DNA of 37,064 bases. Source: Deltaproteobacteria bacterium. Lineage in GTDB: Bacteria; SAR324; NAC60-12. Positions 27,290 through 35,543 of this stretch are shown in pieces (position 1 is the stretch's first letter; each line of letters opens with the position of its first letter). The position numbers and the translations under genes were made by a program. The stretch is from the NCBI GenBank assembly GCA_011522845.1, contig WTIF01000013.1:1-37064 (forward strand), written 5' to 3'. The notes under the pieces were generated by a model, which saw nothing but the letters and a program-made list of their open reading frames with translations, was not told the DNA's origin and ran no database searches.

Positions 27290-27547
27290 ATGCAACGAAT
27301 TTGGGCCATCGTTTACCTGCTCTTTCAGAATAACTATGTGCGCATTGGTGCCGTCCTGGGCACAGCAGCCGGCTATTGGGGATATTCATGGATCCCAGGA
27401 GGAGACCCAATCCTGACTCCTGTGGTTGGGGCCTTTCTTGGCTGGGGGATTGGAGTCTACTGGAGTGAAATCTTTCCGGCACTGCAAGCGCCTCGCTCTC
27501 GGCCTAAGCCAAGGTTTCAGGTTCATCAGGGCGGTAAGCGGCGCTGA
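27290..27547 (+). CDS. Small membrane protein (85 aa, 2 predicted TM, basic tail)
   Basis: Internal ATG of ORF 27194-27547, chosen to avoid overlap with the CPXCG gene. Glycine-rich hydrophobic segments. No family recognised. Confidence 0.45.
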   Translation: MQRIWAIVYLLFQNNYVRIGAVLGTAAGYWGYSWIPGGDPILTPVVGAFLGWGIGVYWSEIFPALQAPRSRPKPRFQVHQGGKRR

Positions 27548-27553
27548 GGGGGT

Positions 27554-28414
27554 GTGAACGAATCTGGTCTTGGTAAGTACGTTGCTCCGACGGCTCTAGG
27601 AGCTGCCTATGCCTTGGCACGGATGGGGCTACTGTTCTTATTTTTGCCGGAACAAGTTGCTCTCTTCGATTTCAACCTGCTCTTTCTCGCAGGGGTGTTG
27701 CTCGGCTTCACCCTGCGTCCCGTTGTCAAACCAATCTTCTGGACCCGTAGCGTTGGTACCGTAGTCATCCTGCTGCTGCTGCTGGGCATTGGCCCCACTG
27801 GAAAGCTGCTGGAGGGAATGGTCCTGGGCACCCCAATGGATGAAGTGGCGCAAGGACTCTTGTTGGGAGAATTTGGTGCTGCCCTGTTGGTAGCACTGGT
27901 CGCTCCCTGGCTGCTACCTCCTGCACAACGCTTGCTTGACTGGAACCGGCTGGGTCGCAGACTGCGCCAAGGACTCCTTGATCGGCAACGACTGTTCGAA
28001 GTGCTCTGGCTAGGAGCTGTCTATGTTCTTCTCTTCCTAGCTACACAAGCACTGATTCAGGCCAACTGGGAGCTGTCTTCCTGGTGGGCCCAACTGCAGT
28101 CCTTCCTGCTGCTCCCACCAACCTCTATCGAAGTCAAGCTGGTCTTCCTGCTACTACGGGGCTGGTTGCTGCTGCTGGTGCTCCTGCCTGTCTGCCTGAC
28201 CCTGACCCGTCAACCCCTGGAACTCTGGATTGTGCTCACCTCACTCCTCTTTGTTGTGGCGGAATTCACCCCTGCCTTCGTCTACTTTCAACAAGTTCCA
28301 CCAACCCTTCTGTTTGACCAGGTCAGCGGCGGTCTGATTCGTCAGGCGATTTTCGCTGCACTGATTGCCTGGCGCTGGCATTTGGAACCTCTATCTGAAG
28401 AAATCCCGAAGTAA
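27554..28414 (+). CDS. Polytopic membrane protein of unknown function (286 aa, Leu-rich)
   Basis: GTG start 6 nt after the previous stop. About 7 hydrophobic segments. No motif recognised. Confidence 0.55.
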   Translation: MNESGLGKYVAPTALGAAYALARMGLLFLFLPEQVALFDFNLLFLAGVLLGFTLRPVVKPIFWTRSVGTVVILLLLLGIGPTGKLLEGMVLGTPMDEVAQGLLLGEFGAALLVALVAPWLLPPAQRLLDWNRLGRRLRQGLLDRQRLFEVLWLGAVYVLLFLATQALIQANWELSSWWAQLQSFLLLPPTSIEVKLVFLLLRGWLLLLVLLPVCLTLTRQPLELWIVLTSLLFVVAEFTPAFVYFQQVPPTLLFDQVSGGLIRQAIFAALIAWRWHLEPLSEEIPK

Positions 28415-28418
28415 GACC

Positions 28419-28446
28419 TTGCAACCCAGCAACAGATCGTTATAAT
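28419..28446 (+). promoter_or_regulatory. Putative sigma70-type promoter for era (TTGCAA-16 nt-TATAAT)
   Basis: Consensus -10 and a good -35 read by eye, about 50 nt upstream of the era ATG. Confidence 0.45.
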
Positions 28447-28495
28447 CCCATCTTTTTTTACAATTTTGCACTGAAACAACTTTCGTTTCCTGCGC

Positions 28496-29434
28496 ATGAT
28501 CACCTTTGCTCCTCCTGCAGCCCCTTCGGCTGATGGTCAGGACTCCCTGACCCGTGCTGGCTTCATTGGCCTGATTGGCCGTCCAAACGTAGGCAAGTCC
28601 ACCCTGCTCAATCGCCTGATCGGACAGAAACTGGCGATCACAGCAAACAAACCCCAGACTACACGCAATCGACTACTGGGCATCCGCACCATTGGTTCCT
28701 CACAACTGATCTTCATCGACACTCCTGGCATCCACACCTCCAGTCGTGTCATGAACCAAAAGATGGTGAGTTACGCTGTTGAGACACTGCAGGAGACCGA
28801 TTTCAACCTGATGCTTGTTGAACCTCTGCGCCCCGGACAAGATGTCCCTGCAGAAGACCAACTGGTCCTACAGCACCTGCAAGGTCGAGCCAGCAACACG
28901 ATCCTGGCGATCAACAAGATTGACGGCCTTCCCTATGAGGCGATTCTGCAAAGCTTGGAACGCTATCGTCAACTCGCAGAATTCGCAGAGTTGATTCCGA
29001 TCTCTGCGCTCAAGTCGCACAACTTGGAACGTCTCTGGGAATTGCTGCTGAAGCGCCTGCCAGAAAATCCATTTTTCTTTGCGGAAGACCAACTGACGGA
29101 CGCCTCGGAGCGGTTCCTCTGTGGAGAATTGGTGCGCGAACAGCTCTTCCGCCACCTGCAACAGGAACTGCCCTACTCTGTGGCTGTTCAGGTGGAATCT
29201 TTTGAAGAAACTCCCAAGCGGTTGCACATTGTTGCCAACATCATCGTTGAGCGTGAATCGCAAAAAGGGATCATCATCGGCCACAAGGGCCAACAATTGA
29301 AAAAAATCGGGACCGCTGCCCGACAACGTATTGAGACACTGCTGGGACAATCAGTCTATTTGTCGCTACAAGTCCGAGTACTCAAGCAGTGGAGTCGCCA
29401 TGAACATTACCTGCAGGCTTTCGGGATGGAATAA
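28496..29434 (+). CDS. era: GTPase Era
   Basis: G1 GRPNVGKST, G2 TTRN, G3 DTPG, G4 NKID, and a C-terminal KH domain (VERESQKGIIIGHKGQQLKKIG). Confidence 0.93.
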   Translation: MITFAPPAAPSADGQDSLTRAGFIGLIGRPNVGKSTLLNRLIGQKLAITANKPQTTRNRLLGIRTIGSSQLIFIDTPGIHTSSRVMNQKMVSYAVETLQETDFNLMLVEPLRPGQDVPAEDQLVLQHLQGRASNTILAINKIDGLPYEAILQSLERYRQLAEFAELIPISALKSHNLERLWELLLKRLPENPFFFAEDQLTDASERFLCGELVREQLFRHLQQELPYSVAVQVESFEETPKRLHIVANIIVERESQKGIIIGHKGQQLKKIGTAARQRIETLLGQSVYLSLQVRVLKQWSRHEHYLQAFGME

Positions 29435-29480
29435 ACCCGAGACTGTCTTGAAATCCGCCGTTCCTTTCAACTGAGCAACG

Positions 29481-30812
29481 ATGAAGGCTTACCTAATCAT
29501 CACTACCCTCGCCGCCGTTGCAATCATGGTTGCCACCCAGCATTCCATGGAATTGACTCTTGCAGCCGCTGCTCTCTGGATCCTGCTCATGATGCTGCTC
29601 TGGATCCTGCGACGCAACATGGAGGTTGTCTCCAGTAGTTTTTCTCAAACAGCCTCCTTCGCGAATGAGTCGCCCAAGGTGGCTCCGAAATCAACATCTT
29701 CTGGAAGTGCCGAAACCTTTACAGGCTTGGACAGCTCTGTCTTCGCGCGTTTCCGCGAGAACCTGGAGCAAAACGAACGCAAACAAGGAAATTTTACTCC
29801 TGCACCAGAAGACGAACCCACAGAAGTTGTTAGTTTGAAGAACAAACCTGTGCAATCCGAGCCAGAGCCTGTGGATGCAGATGGATTTGAACAGGCACTT
29901 GCGACCGCAGAGCAACAGCCTCCGCCTCCCAAGGATCGAGTCACTATCCGACGTCGCAACAACAGCACTGCGACAGAACGACCACGAGCTCAAACCCTGC
30001 GACGTCACTCAGATGTCGGTTCGCTTTACAGCCTCTCTAAACAACGTCTCTCCCAACAGCCAGAGATTCCCGATAGCACCGAAGATCTCTTCTCCGATGC
30101 CTACATTCCTTTGCCACATCAGCTACAAGCCCCAACTCCTGCCAAGGAAGATCTCTATGATGAAGGCCTGGGAAAAACCCTGGGGCACTTGGCTTCACCA
30201 GACGAAACTCGTGACGAGGCCGAAGCCCTGCTGCAGATGGCTCGCTCTTTCGCTCGTGCCCGTAACTGGCAGGAAGCCAAGGTCAGCCTGGATAATCACC
30301 TTCAGCTACTTCAGGAGTTGAAAAGAACGCCTCAGGCCGAGGATCTGCAGCTGTACGTAAAGGCCTTGATTGAACTTGGAGAGATTCAGCAGGCAGCCCA
30401 CCATCTCGATGGGGTACGTCGGCAGAAGGATGGCTTGGAGGGAGAAGATCTCGCCCACATGGTTCGTGATGTCGTCGAAGGACTAGAGCAAGAGCAGGCC
30501 TGGGAAACCATGATTCCCCTACTGCAGGATCTACTGAACTACGCTCGACAGCAACTGGATCGAAATGAGATGGATCGGATCTATGACAAGTTGGAACAGG
30601 CGCTGGAAGCAACCAAGGATGAAGACCGGCTGGTGCGCACCTGTCACAGCCATCTTGAAATCAAGCGGGCCATTGGAGATGTAGAAGGAGAAGAGCGGCT
30701 ACTGAGCAAGTTGGGTCGCCTCCATCACCGACGAGGCGATAAGGAGATGGCGAACCAACTCTACCAGGACACTCTGCGGCTGCGGAACAGCATGGAACGG
30801 GCAGCCTACTGA
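29481..30812 (+). CDS. Unknown membrane-anchored protein: 2 N-terminal TM, long low-complexity linker, C-terminal helical-repeat (TPR-like) domain
   Basis: Hydrophobic N-terminus (LIITTLAAVAIMVA; AAAALWILLMMLLWIL), a P/E/S-rich middle, and a helical C-terminus. No family recognised. Confidence 0.5.
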   Translation: MKAYLIITTLAAVAIMVATQHSMELTLAAAALWILLMMLLWILRRNMEVVSSSFSQTASFANESPKVAPKSTSSGSAETFTGLDSSVFARFRENLEQNERKQGNFTPAPEDEPTEVVSLKNKPVQSEPEPVDADGFEQALATAEQQPPPPKDRVTIRRRNNSTATERPRAQTLRRHSDVGSLYSLSKQRLSQQPEIPDSTEDLFSDAYIPLPHQLQAPTPAKEDLYDEGLGKTLGHLASPDETRDEAEALLQMARSFARARNWQEAKVSLDNHLQLLQELKRTPQAEDLQLYVKALIELGEIQQAAHHLDGVRRQKDGLEGEDLAHMVRDVVEGLEQEQAWETMIPLLQDLLNYARQQLDRNEMDRIYDKLEQALEATKDEDRLVRTCHSHLEIKRAIGDVEGEERLLSKLGRLHHRRGDKEMANQLYQDTLRLRNSMERAAY

Positions 30813-30822
30813 GACTTTTGAA

Positions 30823-31209
30823 TCAGTAGGTACAACCGGATGGGGTCATCCCACGGAGGGCCTGACCGTGATTGATGGCTTCAAATTGTAGTTCCGCCAG
30901 TAGTCGACATCCGCGAGTTCGACGCTCCCGGGCCACATAGTATTCGTTGATGCGTGGTGACGTATCTGACTCCAACTGGGAGAACGCATCAATCGCATTG
31001 ACAGTGTGATCTTCTGCCAGCAACAGGTATTGGGGTTGACGCTCCCGGCGCCAACTGTTGAAATAGTTCAGGCTCCAACCCAAGTGGCGGTCTCCATCCT
31101 GGAGACGAGTGCTGAACGAAGCGATGGGGAAGCGATCATAGCTGCTGCAGCTGACAGCAAATCCGAGCAACAGCAGGCTGGCAGCGATCTTTCGACAACG
31201 GCGGTACAT
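30823..31209 (-). CDS. Small putative lipoprotein (128 aa)
   Basis: The internal ATG at 31209 is preceded by AAGGAAGAG. The N-terminus MYRRCRKIAASLLLLGFAVSCSS looks like a lipobox. The upstream part of ORF 30823-31632 overlaps the GDPD gene and was discarded. Confidence 0.45.
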   Translation of the reverse strand: MYRRCRKIAASLLLLGFAVSCSSYDRFPIASFSTRLQDGDRHLGWSLNYFNSWRRERQPQYLLLAEDHTVNAIDAFSQLESDTSPRINEYYVARERRTRGCRLLAELQFEAINHGQALRGMTPSGCTY

Positions 31210-31286
31210 AAGTTTCTCTTCCTTGTAGGGATAATCAATTTCTTCTGCTATCGGCAGCCGCCTTAAAAACTTTAGCTGGAATTGCT

Positions 31287-32111
31287 GTGGAATTGCCGCT
31301 GGTTGTTGAAAATCGTCTACACGATCTCGCTGAATGGCTGATCGCGTGGACAACCCCATCCGAGCCGACGCCAGCACAGTGGGACGCCTGCCGCGTCTTC
31401 GCCCACCGAGGTCTGCACGATGATCCCCGTGTCCCTGAAAACACAATGGCCTCGCTGGCAGCAGTCTTGCGCTTCGAGGACATTCATGGGGTAGAGTTCG
31501 ATATTCGCTGGACCAAAGACCTGGTACCGATGGTCTTTCACGATCCAGATCTGCAGCGAGTTTTTGGTAGTTCTGAGCGGCTGGCAGACCTGACTTCGAC
31601 AGAGCTGCGGCAGCGCTTTCCGTTGATCCCAACCCTCTCCGAAGTTGTGCAGCGCTTGGGACAACACAAGCACCTAATGATTGAAATCAAGGAAGAACAC
31701 TATCCGGAACCGGAGCATCAACTCGAGGTCTTACAAGAGACTCTGGCAGGACTTGTGCCAGGAAAGCACTTTCATTTCCTGCTACTGGATCCTGCAACCT
31801 ATGCAAAATTGTCTGCGTTCCCCAAGGCTTCAGTACTGCTGGTTGGTGGCTTCAACGTGGCAGAAATCAGTGAGGCAGTGAGTAGTCAGGATTTTGGTGG
31901 AATTGGTGGACAGTACTTGTTGATGCCCGACACCGAGGTGCAGCGTCACCTGGAGCAGGGAAAGATCGTTGGCACTGGCTACCCTCGAAGCTGGCCAGCG
32001 TTCTGTCGTGAACTCTCCCGCGGTGTGACCTACCTCTTTTCCAATCAGGCCCAAGCCCTGGCCAAGATCCTGGCCCAGGAACGCCTGCGTCTTTCCCTTG
32101 ATCCCCATTGA
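31287..32111 (+). CDS. Glycerophosphodiester phosphodiesterase (GDPD family)
   Basis: FAHRGL...PENTMASL...GVEFDIRWTKDLVPMVFHDPDL matches the GDPD catalytic HR...EN...E.D...HD pattern. The GTG start is uncertain. Confidence 0.75.
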   Translation: MELPLVVENRLHDLAEWLIAWTTPSEPTPAQWDACRVFAHRGLHDDPRVPENTMASLAAVLRFEDIHGVEFDIRWTKDLVPMVFHDPDLQRVFGSSERLADLTSTELRQRFPLIPTLSEVVQRLGQHKHLMIEIKEEHYPEPEHQLEVLQETLAGLVPGKHFHFLLLDPATYAKLSAFPKASVLLVGGFNVAEISEAVSSQDFGGIGGQYLLMPDTEVQRHLEQGKIVGTGYPRSWPAFCRELSRGVTYLFSNQAQALAKILAQERLRLSLDPH

Positions 32112-32121
32112 GTAAGAGACC

Positions 32122-32421
32122 ATGGCCCGACAGGATGATGAACTGGACTTGGAAAAGCTTCGCCGCGAAGTCGACACCCTGACCCAGCAGGTTGGAGGAA
32201 AACCAACCCCACCTGGCACCACGACCCGACTTCCTCCTCAGGAGCAGCCCAAGAAAAAAAAGAAGAAGGGCAACCCCATCATGTATGGACTGATCGGAGT
32301 TGCCGCCATCCTCGTTGGGGGCAAACTGATCTTTTCGCTGATGAACTTCCTGGTGCTGGCCGTGATCGCTGGTATTGGTGCCTGGTGGTATTTCTTCAAA
32401 TTCCGCAAGGATGAGGACTGA
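32122..32421 (+). CDS. Small membrane protein with a poly-lysine tract (99 aa), first gene of the atp F0 module
   Basis: Charged N-terminal helix, PKKKKKKG, then 2 TM segments. 10 nt after GDPD and 5 nt before the atpZ-like gene. Confidence 0.45.
   Translation: MARQDDELDLEKLRREVDTLTQQVGGKPTPPGTTTRLPPQEQPKKKKKKGNPIMYGLIGVAAILVGGKLIFSLMNFLVLAVIAGIGAWWYFFKFRKDED
32254..32261 (+). repeat. A8 homopolymer inside the poly-Lys codons of orf99
   Basis: AAGAAAAAAAAGAAGAAG read directly from the sequence. Confidence 0.9.
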
Positions 32422-32426
32422 CGAAC

Positions 32427-32675
32427 ATGCCGCGCTTCAATCCCCGCTTGGTGATGTTTAGTTCGATGGGCCTGGAATTGGGCCTCTCTGTGATCGTTGG
32501 ACTCCTGCTTGGCAGCTCTCTGGATCGTTTCTTCGGCACAGGACCCTGGATGCTGATTATTTTCACGGCCAGTGGCATCGCTGCTGGTTACCGCAGTGTC
32601 TATCGCCTGCTCAAACGCCTGCAGCAGGAAGACGCCGCGACTCCCTTGACTCATGACCCTGACTCCAAGACCTGA
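32427..32675 (+). CDS. AtpZ/AtpR-like small F0-associated membrane protein
   Basis: LGLSVIVGLLLGSSLDRFFGTGPWMLIIF..GIAAGYRSVY matches the ATPase_gene1 (AtpZ) pattern. Position upstream of atpI/atpB. Confidence 0.65.
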   Translation: MPRFNPRLVMFSSMGLELGLSVIVGLLLGSSLDRFFGTGPWMLIIFTASGIAAGYRSVYRLLKRLQQEDAATPLTHDPDSKT

Positions 32676-33098
32676 ATGTCCAATTCACCTTTCCCCGAAA
32701 TTTCTGACGAGGCCCTACAGATTGGCTTCCGCAAAGCAACAGAATTCCGAAATTTGCTGATCCTGGCATCCGTTGTCCTGGCAATTGTCTCGCTCTTGTT
32801 CGGTCTTGACTTTCTCTTGGGATCCTTGTTAGGTTCAGCGATTGTTGGTTTGAACTTCCACTGGACCGTGCGCTTCGTTCTGAACATGTTGGAGGAGCGA
32901 AAACTACGGCCACTGTACTTGTTGATCTATGGTGCGAAGTTCATTGTCTCGATGATGGTTCTCTATGTGGCGATCGTCCAACTGGACATTAGTGCCGTCG
33001 GAATAATGCTAGGTCTCTCTAACATTCTGTTGGCCGCCACCGCTTACGCACTCATCCAGCGACCAAGATCCTCTGATTCTTCCGACGTCCTTTCCTAG
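32676..33098 (+). CDS. atpI: ATP synthase protein I-like membrane protein
   Basis: 140 aa with 4 hydrophobic helices, directly upstream of atpB. The assignment is mainly positional. Confidence 0.55.
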   Translation: MSNSPFPEISDEALQIGFRKATEFRNLLILASVVLAIVSLLFGLDFLLGSLLGSAIVGLNFHWTVRFVLNMLEERKLRPLYLLIYGAKFIVSMMVLYVAIVQLDISAVGIMLGLSNILLAATAYALIQRPRSSDSSDVLS

Positions 33099-33106
33099 GG
33101 ATACTG

Positions 33107-33889
33107 ATGTTTCGACGACTGAACCTGGCAGGCTTACTCCTGCTGACCCTGACATCCCCAGCTTTTGCCGCAGAGGGTGGCTTCACTTGGGCCAACTTCC
33201 TGTTCGGAGGATTGGCAGAACCCCTGGCCTCCATCGGGATTGACCCACGCCCGATCCTCGACATGATCATAGTTGCCGCAGTGCTGATCGGTCTGGCTTG
33301 GTGGCTTGGCAAACCCTTCCGTGAAACCCAAATGCTGGAACCCTCGGGAAGACTAGACAAAGACCATTTTGCTGTCACCGTTGTCGAGGGTATCCTCAAT
33401 TTTCTCTCAGGCATCATTCAGCACGGTATCGGACCACGACCCTTGCTTCCCCTGCTGGGAACCTACGGGCTCTTCATCCTGTTCCTGAACCTCGCCGGAC
33501 TGGTCCCTGGATTCAATCCACCGACCGACCAGTTCAACATCACCTTCGCCTTTGCGATCGTCGTTTTCCTGCTGACCCACACGCTTGGAATCCGTCAGCA
33601 CGGCGCCGGCTACATCAAGCAGTTCATCGGCCCTATGCCCCTGATGGCTCCCTTGATGTTTCCCGTTGAACTAATCAGCCACCTCGTGCGGCCGATGTCC
33701 CTCTCCATCCGCCTCTTGGGGAATATGACCGGTGACCACAAAGTGGTCTTGATCTTCTCCTCGATTCTGGCGCTTGGCTTGCCCGTTCCCTTCATGGGCT
33801 TGGGCATTCTCATCAGTGTTTTGCAGGCCTTTGTCTTCGTACTGTTGTCTGCAATTTATTTTGAAGTTGCCATGAGTGAAGCCCACTGA
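33107..33889 (+). CDS. atpB: F0F1 ATP synthase subunit a
   Basis: Essential Arg motif [13 protein letters not shown], and C-terminal helices with [10 protein letters not shown]. Confidence 0.9.
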   Translation: MFRRLNLAGLLLLTLTSPAFAAEGGFTWANFLFGGLAEPLASIGIDPRPILDMIIVAAVLIGLAWWLGKPFRETQMLEPSGRLDKDHFAVTVVEGILNFLSGIIQHGIGPRPLLPLLGTYGLFILFLNLAGLVPGFNPPTDQFNITFAFAIVVFLLTHTLGIRQHGAGYIKQFIGPMPLMAPLMFPVELISHLVRPMSLSIRLLGNMTGDHKVVLIFSSILALGLPVPFMGLGILISVLQAFVFVLLSAIYFEVAMSEAH

Positions 33890-33947
33890 TTGGCTCTTCG
33901 TTCTGTTCCGTACACGTTCTTACAGTTCTAAACCAAAAGGAAGTTCC

Positions 33948-34250
33948 ATGAACAAAAGACTCATGCTGGTCCTGTTTCTGATGCTGCTGGCAGCTCCCCT
34001 GTACGCCCAAGAGTATGGCGAACTGGCCACCTTCGGCTTCGCCATGGGTGCTGGTGTTGCGATCTCTTTCGCCGCCCTCGGTGGTGGAATCGGTCAAGGC
34101 ATTTGTATGCGCGGTGCTCTCGAAGGGATCGCCCGCAACCCGAACGCCTCCGGCAAGATCTTCACCCCAATGATTATTGGTTTGGCGTTGATCGAATCCC
34201 TCGTGATTTACGCACTCGTGATCGCCTTCATTCTGCAAGGTAAGGTCTGA
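33948..34250 (+). CDS. atpE: F0F1 ATP synthase subunit c with an N-terminal signal-peptide-like extension
   Basis: The internal ATG at 33948 is preceded by AAAAGGAAG. GGGIGQG loop, ARNP, and the ion-binding Glu in [11 protein letters not shown]. The extension is [22 protein letters not shown]. Confidence 0.9.
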   Translation: MNKRLMLVLFLMLLAAPLYAQEYGELATFGFAMGAGVAISFAALGGGIGQGICMRGALEGIARNPNASGKIFTPMIIGLALIESLVIYALVIAFILQGKV

Positions 34251-34259
34251 ATTTTCACT

Positions 34260-34292
34260 GGGCAGGTTTCGCGGGAAGCCTGCTCAGTTTCT
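34260..34292 (+). terminator. Rho-independent terminator-like hairpin after atpE (11-bp stem, GCGG loop, then AGTTTCT)
   Basis: GGGCAGGTTTC-gcgg-GAAGCCTGCTC with two G-U pairs. An alternative pairing CGGGAAGC (34272-34279) / GCTTCCCG (34293-34300) also exists. Confidence 0.45.
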
Positions 34293-34342
34293 GCTTCCCG
34301 TATCTACCCTCGCTGACACAACCTCCTCACAAAAACTGACCC

Positions 34343-34642
34343 ATGCCTGACATTGCCTGGGGTTCCTACACGATGCTGGCGACTGGTTCCCTGATTGGAC
34401 TCTTTGCTGCCTATCGAATTCTGCTGCAGGGCTTCAGCCTGCTCTTCTGGGTGCTACTGCTGACTGGTGGTGCGATTACCTTCGGACTGGGTGCTCAGAC
34501 ACTGGGCGAAGACAATTTCCTGAGCGAATACTTGCCACTGGAAGCTCTCGAGAATTTGGAAGGCAAGGACTTTACAGAGCAGCTCCAAAACCTACCACAG
34601 GAAGCTCGCGGTCAGATCCGTGCTCTCTGCGAACAGCTCTGA
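34343..34642 (+). CDS. Small membrane protein of unknown function (99 aa; 2 TM + acidic helical tail)
   Basis: ORF with hydrophobic segments LATGSLIGLFAAY and FSLLFWVLLLTGGAITFGL. No family recognised. Its 3' end overlaps the gluQ start by 23 nt. Confidence 0.4.
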   Translation: MPDIAWGSYTMLATGSLIGLFAAYRILLQGFSLLFWVLLLTGGAITFGLGAQTLGEDNFLSEYLPLEALENLEGKDFTEQLQNLPQEARGQIRALCEQL

Positions 34643-35543
34643 GCCCATCCACTGGCGTAGCCGGCTGGCTCCAACCCCCAGCGGTTATTTGCACCTCGGC
34701 AACGCCTGTAATTTCCTGCTGACCTGGCTCTGGATTCGCCATCTTGGTGGGGAACTGTGGTTGCGGATCGACGATCTGGACCAGGCTCGGGTGCGTCCTG
34801 AATACATCGAAGACATCTTCCAGCAGCTGGACTGGCTTGGGCTCGATACCGACCAAGGCCCTCGCAGTGTTGGGGAACTTCAAAAAACTTGGACCCAGCA
34901 GCTGCGCACAGAGCGCTACCTCTCCGCCTTGGCAACACTCAAAAATACTGGAGACCTCTATCGCTGCATCTGCAGTCGCCGCCAGTGGCAGTCTCTCGTT
35001 GGTGATGAAGGACGCTATCCTGGAACCTGTCGTCAGCAGCAGCACCCTGCTGAACAACCTGGTAGTTGGCGGATTCGGTTACCCAAAACAGCCACGATAC
35101 ATTGGCAGAAATGGCCGAGTGGTCAGGAAGAACTGGATCTCGCTAATGAGATGGGTGATTTTGTGATCCAACGTCGTGACGGACAAGTCGCCTACCAGCT
35201 AGCGTCTTGCTTGGATGACCTTGACTGGCAGATGAACCTGCTGATCCGGGGGATTGATCTTCGGCCCTCAACCGCTGCCCAGTCTTACCTGCTTCGACTG
35301 CTGGAACCAGAACAGGCTTATCCAGTTGTGCTGCACCACTCGCTGCTGACCGATGAAGGCAACCGGAAATTTTCCAAGTCGGATGGCACCTTGTCTTTAC
35401 ATATCTTGAAAAAACAGGGATACACACCGGCGGATGTCTATCGTAGCTGCGCACAGTGGCAACAGTGGCCTGAGGCCTCCAACGTGCAGTCCCTGAACGA
35501 TCTCCAACAATCCTTTGCCCTCGCTCTCAAACAGGAATCATGA
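34620..35543 (+). CDS. gluQ: tRNA glutamyl-Q(34) synthetase (GluRS catalytic-domain paralog)
   Basis: RLAPTPSGYLHLGN (HIGH-type), KFSKSDG (KMSKS-type), Zn cluster YRCICSRR...YPGTC. The roughly 300-aa length lacks an anticodon-binding domain. GTG start. Confidence 0.85.
   Translation: MLSANSSEPIHWRSRLAPTPSGYLHLGNACNFLLTWLWIRHLGGELWLRIDDLDQARVRPEYIEDIFQQLDWLGLDTDQGPRSVGELQKTWTQQLRTERYLSALATLKNTGDLYRCICSRRQWQSLVGDEGRYPGTCRQQQHPAEQPGSWRIRLPKTATIHWQKWPSGQEELDLANEMGDFVIQRRDGQVAYQLASCLDDLDWQMNLLIRGIDLRPSTAAQSYLLRLLEPEQAYPVVLHHSLLTDEGNRKFSKSDGTLSLHILKKQGYTPADVYRSCAQWQQWPEASNVQSLNDLQQSFALALKQES

Noticed and set aside
27770-27784. (CTG)5 trinucleotide run
   Set aside because: It encodes LLLLL inside a transmembrane helix of a Leu-rich membrane protein. 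It is short and in-frame, so it reflects composition and codon bias rather than a functional repeat.
31210-31632. Upstream 141 codons of minus-strand ORF 30823-31632
   Set aside because: It overlaps the N-terminal, motif-bearing part of the GDPD gene on the opposite strand. Its product is Arg/Gly/Pro-rich with no features. An internal ATG at 31209 with a strong RBS and a lipoprotein-like signal gives a cleaner gene model.
33948-34250. Na+-coupling signature in the c subunit (Q in GIGQG, ES after the carboxylate, Y four residues on)
   Set aside because: The Thr equivalent to I. tartaricus T67 is Leu here (IESLVIY). The same ESL(A/V)IY pattern occurs, as I recall, in delta-proteobacterial c subunits not known to be Na+-specific. 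This is insufficient to claim Na+ coupling.
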